Assembly: GCA_963814585.1 (NCBI GenBank)
Contig: CAWFDF010000008.1
Location: 1 to 64,000 of the forward strand
From: an uncultured delta proteobacterium
Lineage (GTDB): Bacteria; Myxococcota; Myxococcia; Myxococcales; Anaeromyxobacteraceae
Direction of reading: 5' to 3'
DNA length: 64,000 bases
Notes under the pieces: generated by a model
What the model was told of the DNA's origin: nothing
What the model saw: only the letters and a program-made list of their open reading frames with translations
The model's database searches: none
Shown: positions 58,984 to 64,000 of the stretch, piece by piece
Layout of the letters: each line of letters starts with the position of its first letter
Numbering within the stretch: the first letter of the stretch is position 1
Program-made: the position numbers and the translations under genes

Positions 58984-59727
58984 CTAACGGTCGTCGGTCG
59001 AGGCGGCAAGCGTCTCGAGCGCGAGCCGGGCCGCGGCCTGCTCGGCGTCCTTCTTGGAGCGGCCGGTGGCCCGCCCCACCACCTCACCGCGCAGCTCGAC
59101 CTCCACCTCGAACTCCTTGGCGTGGTCGGGGCCCTGCTCGGCCACCACCCGGTAGCGGGGGCCGGTGCGGAGGCGGCTCTGCGCCACTTCCTGGAGCTGG
59201 GTCTTGTAGTCGCGATCGAGCGTCCCCGCGCTGGCCCGATCGAAGGTGGCCTCGAGGTACCGGTCGACCAGGGCCAGCACCGCGGGCAGTCCGCCCTCCA
59301 GGTAGACGGCCGCGACCACCGCCTCCATGGCGTCGGCCAGCAGCGACGGCTTGTCCCGCCCGCCGGTCAGCTCCTCTCCCCGGCCCAGCCGCAGCAGCGG
59401 CCCGAGCTCGAAGGAGCGCGCCAGCGCCGCCAGCCCCGCCTCGTCCACCACCGCGGCCCGCATCTTGGAGAGCTCCCCCTCGCGCGCCCCCGGGAAGCGC
59501 TCCATCAGGCGGTGGGAGATGGCGAGGTCGATGACCGCGTCACCCAGGAACTCGAGCCGCTCGTTGTCCTCGTGCCCCTCGCCCGGGTGCTCGTTGACGA
59601 AGGAGCGGTGGGTCAGGGCGGCCAGCGCCGTCCCCGGGGCCCGGAAGACGACGCCGCTCCGCAGCTCCACCGCGGTGACCAGCTCGCGGTCGGCCGGCGG
59701 GAGCGCGATGTCGGGGCTCGGGGCCAA
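58984..59727 (-). CDS. rnc: Ribonuclease III (start approximate)
   Basis: ALTHRSF, NERLEFLGDAV and dsRBD (DYKTQLQE...GRSKKDAEQAAA). Confidence 0.95.
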   Translation of the reverse strand: MAPSPDIALPPADRELVTAVELRSGVVFRAPGTALAALTHRSFVNEHPGEGHEDNERLEFLGDAVIDLAISHRLMERFPGAREGELSKMRAAVVDEAGLAALARSFELGPLLRLGRGEELTGGRDKPSLLADAMEAVVAAVYLEGGLPAVLALVDRYLEATFDRASAGTLDRDYKTQLQEVAQSRLRTGPRYRVVAEQGPDHAKEFEVEVELRGEVVGRATGRSKKDAEQAAARLALETLAASTDDR

Positions 59728-59738
59728 GGCTCGCTCGC

Positions 59739-60767
59739 TCAGGGGTGGAGGCGAGCGGCCAGCTCGGCGGCCAGCGCGTACGGATCGGCCTCGCGGTCGG
59801 CGATCCGGGCCGCCACCGCGTCGAGCCGCCCCAGCTCCGACTCGAGCCGGCTGAGCGCGCCGGCCAGCAACCGCTCCCGGAGCAGGGCGATGAAGCCGGC
59901 CCGCGCTCGCGCCACCTCGCGAACCCGCCTCTCGCCGCTGGCGTCCAGCCAGGCAAGGTGGCGCTGCAGGGCCGCGCCCAGCTCGGTCATCCCCTCCCCG
60001 GTCACGGCGACCGTCCGGACGATGGGCGGCTCCCAGCCGGCGTCGGGCTGGTTGGCCGCGACCTGCGTGGGGACCCCGCCGACGACGTGGTGGTGGTCGT
60101 CGTGATCCGGGGGCGGAGCCTGGATGATCCGCCTGACCTCGAGCATCCCCTGCAGGTCGCGGACGGTCCGATCGGCCCCCTCCCGGTCGGCCTTGTTGAC
60201 GCAGAAGACGTCGGCGATCTCCAGCACCCCGGCCTTGATGGCCTGGACGTCGTCGCCCATCCCCGGCACCGCCACCACGACGACGGTGTGGGCCAGGGAG
60301 GCGATCTCGACCTCGTCCTGGCCCACCCCCACGGTCTCGACCAGGACGACGTCCTTGCCCATGGCGTCGAGCACCTGCACCAGGTCGGAGGTCGACCGGG
60401 AGAGGCCGCCCAGGTTCCCCCGGGTCCCGAGCGATCGGATGAACACCCCGGGGTCGGTGGCGTGGTCCTGCATCCGGATCCGATCGCCGAGGATGGCGCC
60501 GCCGGAGAAGGGGCTGGTGGGGTCGACCGCGATCACGCCCACCGTCTTCCCGGCGCGCCGGTGGAGCCCGATGAGCTGGTCGGTGAGCGTCGACTTGCCG
60601 GCCCCGGGCGAGCCGGTGACGCCGATCACCCAGGCCCGGCCGGTCCTCGGGAAGAGGGCGCGCAGGGTCGCCTCCGCCTCTGGATAGCGATCGTCGAGGT
60701 CGCGCATCAGCCGGGCCGCCGCCCGAACGTCCCCGCCCAGGATCCTCTCGGCCAGGGGCGTGCTCAT
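59739..60767 (-). CDS. meaB: Methylmalonyl-CoA mutase-associated GTPase MeaB/ArgK
   Basis: GSPGAGKST, AVDPTSPFSGGAILGDRIRM, VETVGVGQ and NKAD. Confidence 0.93.
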   Translation of the reverse strand: MSTPLAERILGGDVRAAARLMRDLDDRYPEAEATLRALFPRTGRAWVIGVTGSPGAGKSTLTDQLIGLHRRAGKTVGVIAVDPTSPFSGGAILGDRIRMQDHATDPGVFIRSLGTRGNLGGLSRSTSDLVQVLDAMGKDVVLVETVGVGQDEVEIASLAHTVVVVAVPGMGDDVQAIKAGVLEIADVFCVNKADREGADRTVRDLQGMLEVRRIIQAPPPDHDDHHHVVGGVPTQVAANQPDAGWEPPIVRTVAVTGEGMTELGAALQRHLAWLDASGERRVREVARARAGFIALLRERLLAGALSRLESELGRLDAVAARIADREADPYALAAELAARLHP

Positions 60768-62097
60768 CAGTAGGCCGCCGACTCCGGCACGAAGTTGGCC
60801 ACCAGGATGGCCGCCGCCATCTTGCGCGGCGCGCCGATGGGCTGCCGAGCCTGGTCGAGCTGCCGGTAGAGCACGGCGCCATCCTGCACCTGGTCGATGT
60901 GGATGAGCAGCCGCCACCCGCCGCGCGCCTGGGAGAAGACCGCCTCGAAGTCGGAGCGCTTGAGGACCCGGGCGGCGCCGTAGGGCTTGCCGTCGATGTC
61001 GGTGCCGGTGTAGCGGACCTCGTCGGCGCCGGCCTCCTCCACCACCACGTTCATCACCCAGACCTCGCCCGGGTGGGGCTGGAGGTGCAGGGGCAGCGGC
61101 GCGGTCGCCGCCCCGCCCCCGCTGAAGTCGACCGCGTCCCCGCCCGGCTCGACCGCCTGGGTGGCCGGCGCGCCGAGGGCCAGCTCCACCACGGCCCGGG
61201 TCCCCGGGAAGTTGGCCAGCTCGAACTTGTCGGACCAGACGTCGCCGTTCGGCCCGATGAGCCGCCCCTTGAAGCGGGTGCCCATCTCCCGGCTGGCCAC
61301 GAAGCGGTAGCGGGTGCCCCCGTACTGGTACTCCTGCACCAGCTCGACCATGGCGTTGGGCGGCAGCATCGCCTCCTCGCCGAAGACCTGGGCCAGCCGG
61401 GCCAGCGTCAGCGCGTTGCGCGGCGCCGGGGTGGCCTCGAGGCTGGCGGGCGGCGTGGCCTGGGGCATGGGCGCCGGGGTGATGACGGGCCTGGTCTCCA
61501 TCTGCGCCAGGGAGGCGACCAGGAATTCCTCGAGCTCGGCCCCGCTCCCGAACTGGCGCAGGTCGAGGGGCGGGAAGCCGGGCGAGACCTCCTGCGGCCG
61601 TCCCCCACCGGCGCCACCCGCGCGACCCGGGCCCCCTCGCCCCCGCCGATGATCTCGAAGGCGTGGCCCGGGGCCTTGACCACGGCGCGGAGCTGGAGCC
61701 GCTCCGGGTCGACGGTCACCTCGAGCCGGAGCGCCCTGAGGCGGGCCGCGACGTCGTCGAGCTGGCCGTGGAGCGCCGCCAGCGCAGCCGCCACCGCCGC
61801 CTCGAAGGCCAGCAGCCGATCGTGCTCGTAGAAGGGGACCCGTCCGAGCGCCGCCAGGGGCGGATCCAGGAAGGTGAGCTTGTCGTGGCCGGACACCACG
61901 AAGCGGGCCCGCGAGATGGTCTGCCCGGTGATCGGGTGGGCCACCCGCCCCGAGGCGAAGCCCAGCTCACCCTCCAGCGTCTCGCGGTCGGCCCCGAGCC
62001 GCACCGGGACCCCGAGCGTGGAGAGCTTGCGCGAGGCGATCTGGTTGAGCCGCTCGCGGGCGATCCGGCCGATGATGGTGTGTTCGCCTTCACCCAT
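60767..62097 (-). CDS. Hypothetical protein, apparently one gene split by a 1-bp deletion at ~61604
   Basis: ORF 62097-> reads plausibly to 'RVAPVG'. Adding one G to the G5 run continues 'GRPQEVSPGFPPLDLRQF...' into ORF 61501-60767, whose stop overlaps the meaB start. Confidence 0.7.
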
Positions 62098-62124
62098 GGT
62101 GCATGACCCGCTTCCGGTGCGACT

Positions 62125-63279
62125 CTACACCAGAACACCGCGGGTCAGCAGGTCCCGGCCGATCACCATCCGCTGGATCTCGCTGGTCCCCTCGCCGATC
62201 TCGCACAGCTTGGCGTCCCGGAAGTAGCGCTCCACCGGGAAGTCCTGGGTGTAGCCGTAGCCGCCGTGGATCTGGATGGCCTTGCCGGTGGCGCGCATGG
62301 CCGCCTCGCTGGCGAAGAGCTTCCCCATGGCCGCCTCCCGGCCGAAGCGCTGCCCGGCGTCGCAGAGCGCCGCGGCGCGCCGCACCAGCAGGCGGGCGGC
62401 GTCCATCTCGGTGGCCATGTCGGAGAGCATGAAGGAGATGGCCTGGTGCTCTGCGATGGGCTTGCCGAAGGTCTTCCGCTCCAGCGCGTACTTGCGCGCC
62501 TCCTCCAGGGCCCCGCGCCCCAGCCCGACCGCCAGCGCCCCGATGGTGATCCGGCCGCGGTCCAGGATCTGCAGCGTGTTGATGAAGCCCTGGTGGAGCT
62601 CCCCGATGCGCTGGTCGTCGCCCACCTCGACGTCCTCGAGGTGGAGCTCGGCGGTGTCGGACGACCGCATCCCCAGCTTGTCGTGGATGCGCCGCTGGGT
62701 GAAGCCGGACGCGCCCTTCTCGACCACGAAGGCGGTGGTGCCGTGCTGGGGCCTGGCCGGGTCGGTGATGGCGAGGATGAGGAAGGTGTCGCCCACCGAT
62801 CCCTGGGTGATGAAGGTCTTGGTGCCGTTCAGGACCCAGCGATCGCCCCGGCGGACGGCGCGGGTCCGCATCCCCGAGGCGTCCGAGCCGCTGCCCGGCT
62901 CGGTCAGCCCCCAGGCGGCCAGCTTCTCGCCGCGCGCCAGCGGCGGGATCCAGCGCTGCTTCTGGGCCTCGGAGCCGAACTTGAGGATGTGCCCCTGCCC
63001 CAGCCCGTTGTGGCTGGCCACGGTGAGCGCCAGCGAGCCGTCCCATCGCGCGATCTCCTCGATGACGACGGAGGTGGCCAGGGCGCCCAGCCCGGCGCCG
63101 CCGTAGGCCTCCGGGACGGCGATGCCCAGCAGGCCCATCTCCGCCAGCTGCTTCACCACCGCGAAGGGGAACTCGCCGGTCCGGTCCCAGGCCCGGGCGT
63201 GCGGCGCCACCTCGGCCTGGCACAGCACCCTCACCGTCCGCTGGATCTCGATCAGCTCCTCGGGCAGCTCGAAGTTCAT
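62125..63279 (-). CDS. Acyl-CoA dehydrogenase (possibly isovaleryl-CoA, LiuA-like)
   Basis: WGLTEPGSGSDA, LNGTKTFITQG, KLGMRSSDT and QIHGGYGY...[11 protein letters not shown]. Confidence 0.9.
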   Translation of the reverse strand: MNFELPEELIEIQRTVRVLCQAEVAPHARAWDRTGEFPFAVVKQLAEMGLLGIAVPEAYGGAGLGALATSVVIEEIARWDGSLALTVASHNGLGQGHILKFGSEAQKQRWIPPLARGEKLAAWGLTEPGSGSDASGMRTRAVRRGDRWVLNGTKTFITQGSVGDTFLILAITDPARPQHGTTAFVVEKGASGFTQRRIHDKLGMRSSDTAELHLEDVEVGDDQRIGELHQGFINTLQILDRGRITIGALAVGLGRGALEEARKYALERKTFGKPIAEHQAISFMLSDMATEMDAARLLVRRAAALCDAGQRFGREAAMGKLFASEAAMRATGKAIQIHGGYGYTQDFPVERYFRDAKLCEIGEGTSEIQRMVIGRDLLTRGVLV

Positions 63280-63296
63280 GCGCTCTCTCCTGGAAC

Positions 63297-64000
63297 CTAG
63301 ACCGGGGTGACGCCGCGCTTGCGGGACCGGCGCGGCTCGTACCCTTCCGCGTAGAGCCGGTAGCGACGGGCCAGCTCCTCGCGCAGCCCCCGGCCGGGCA
63401 CCACCGCGTCCACCACCAGCTCGCTGGCCAGCTTGAGCAGATCGATGTCCTTCTTGTACTCGTCGCGCAGGGCGGTGACGAAGGCGGGCCGCTCCGCCTC
63501 CGGCTTCTCCTGGATCTTGTTGAAGTAGACGGCGTTGACGGCCGCCTCCGGCCCCATCACGGCGATCATGGCCTCGGGGAGCGCCAGGGTCGCCGACGGG
63601 GCGAAGCCAGGGCCGTCCATGGCGTAGAGCCCGGCGCCGTAGGCCTTGCGGACCACCACGCAGATGCGCGGCACCGTGGCCTCGGAGACCGCGCTGATCA
63701 TCTTGGCCCCGGCCCGGATGATCCCGCCCCGCTCGACCTTGGTGCCGATCATGAAGCCGGGGACGTCGGAGAGGTAGAGCAGCGGGATGTTGAAGGCGTC
63801 GCAGAGCCAGATGAAGCGCGCCGCCTTGTCGGCCGAGTCGATGAAGAGCACCCCGCCCTTCACCTTGGGCTGGTTGGCGACCAGGCCGACCACCCGGCCG
63901 TCGATGCGCGCCAGGCCCGTGACCAGCTCGCCGGCCCAGAGCTTCTTCACCTCCAGGAAGCTGCCCTCGTCCACCAGCGTCTCGATCAGCTCCACCATGT
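63297..64000 (-). CDS. Acyl-CoA carboxylase carboxyltransferase subunit (5' part outside window)
   Basis: VGLVANQP, DSADKAARFIWLCDAFNIP, DVPGFMIG, RKAYGAG and AVMGPEAAV. Confidence 0.9.
   Translation of the reverse strand, partial: MVELIETLVDEGSFLEVKKLWAGELVTGLARIDGRVVGLVANQPKVKGGVLFIDSADKAARFIWLCDAFNIPLLYLSDVPGFMIGTKVERGGIIRAGAKMISAVSEATVPRICVVVRKAYGAGLYAMDGPGFAPSATLALPEAMIAVMGPEAAVNAVYFNKIQEKPEAERPAFVTALRDEYKKDIDLLKLASELVVDAVVPGRGLREELARRYRLYAEGYEPRRSRKRGVTPV

Overview
A very GC-rich, gene-dense stretch of core chromosome, most consistent with an Anaeromyxobacter-like member of the Myxococcota (triheme c7 cytochrome, myxobacterial-style Ser/Thr kinase and TPR-cNMP protein). Left part: a YfhO-like membrane protein, mutS, a PpcA-type cytochrome, elbB, and the conserved block amiC-glnD-yciO-xerD-site-2 protease-trpS-scpA-scpB-rluB. 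Middle part: a ~180-bp rod-like palindromic element, a HEAT lipoprotein plus TPR-cNMP pair, an ECF sigma/anti-sigma/STN-beta-helix membrane protein module, a divergent RtcA, apbC, an hbd-crt-ACAD-ACAD cluster, ribA, panE, and a glycolate cluster (aminotransferase-glcDEF-TRAP facing a tartronate semialdehyde reductase). Right part: a kinase, an M3 peptidase, and a long minus-strand block (carboxyltransferase, ACAD, hypothetical, meaB, rnc, two cyclophilins, era, der, yfgM, bamB, mutT). I found no rRNA, tRNA, CRISPR array, prophage or transposase. Clusters of mostly +1 frameshifts (mutS, the ACAD pair) look like consensus-sequence errors. The best leads for something undescribed are (1) the SigW-like ECF module whose third gene appears to fuse tandem STN domains, a beta-helix and a multi-pass membrane domain, (2) an RtcA homologue apparently lacking its catalytic His, and (3) the rod-shaped intergenic element. 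All family assignments were made by eye from motifs, and no searches were run.
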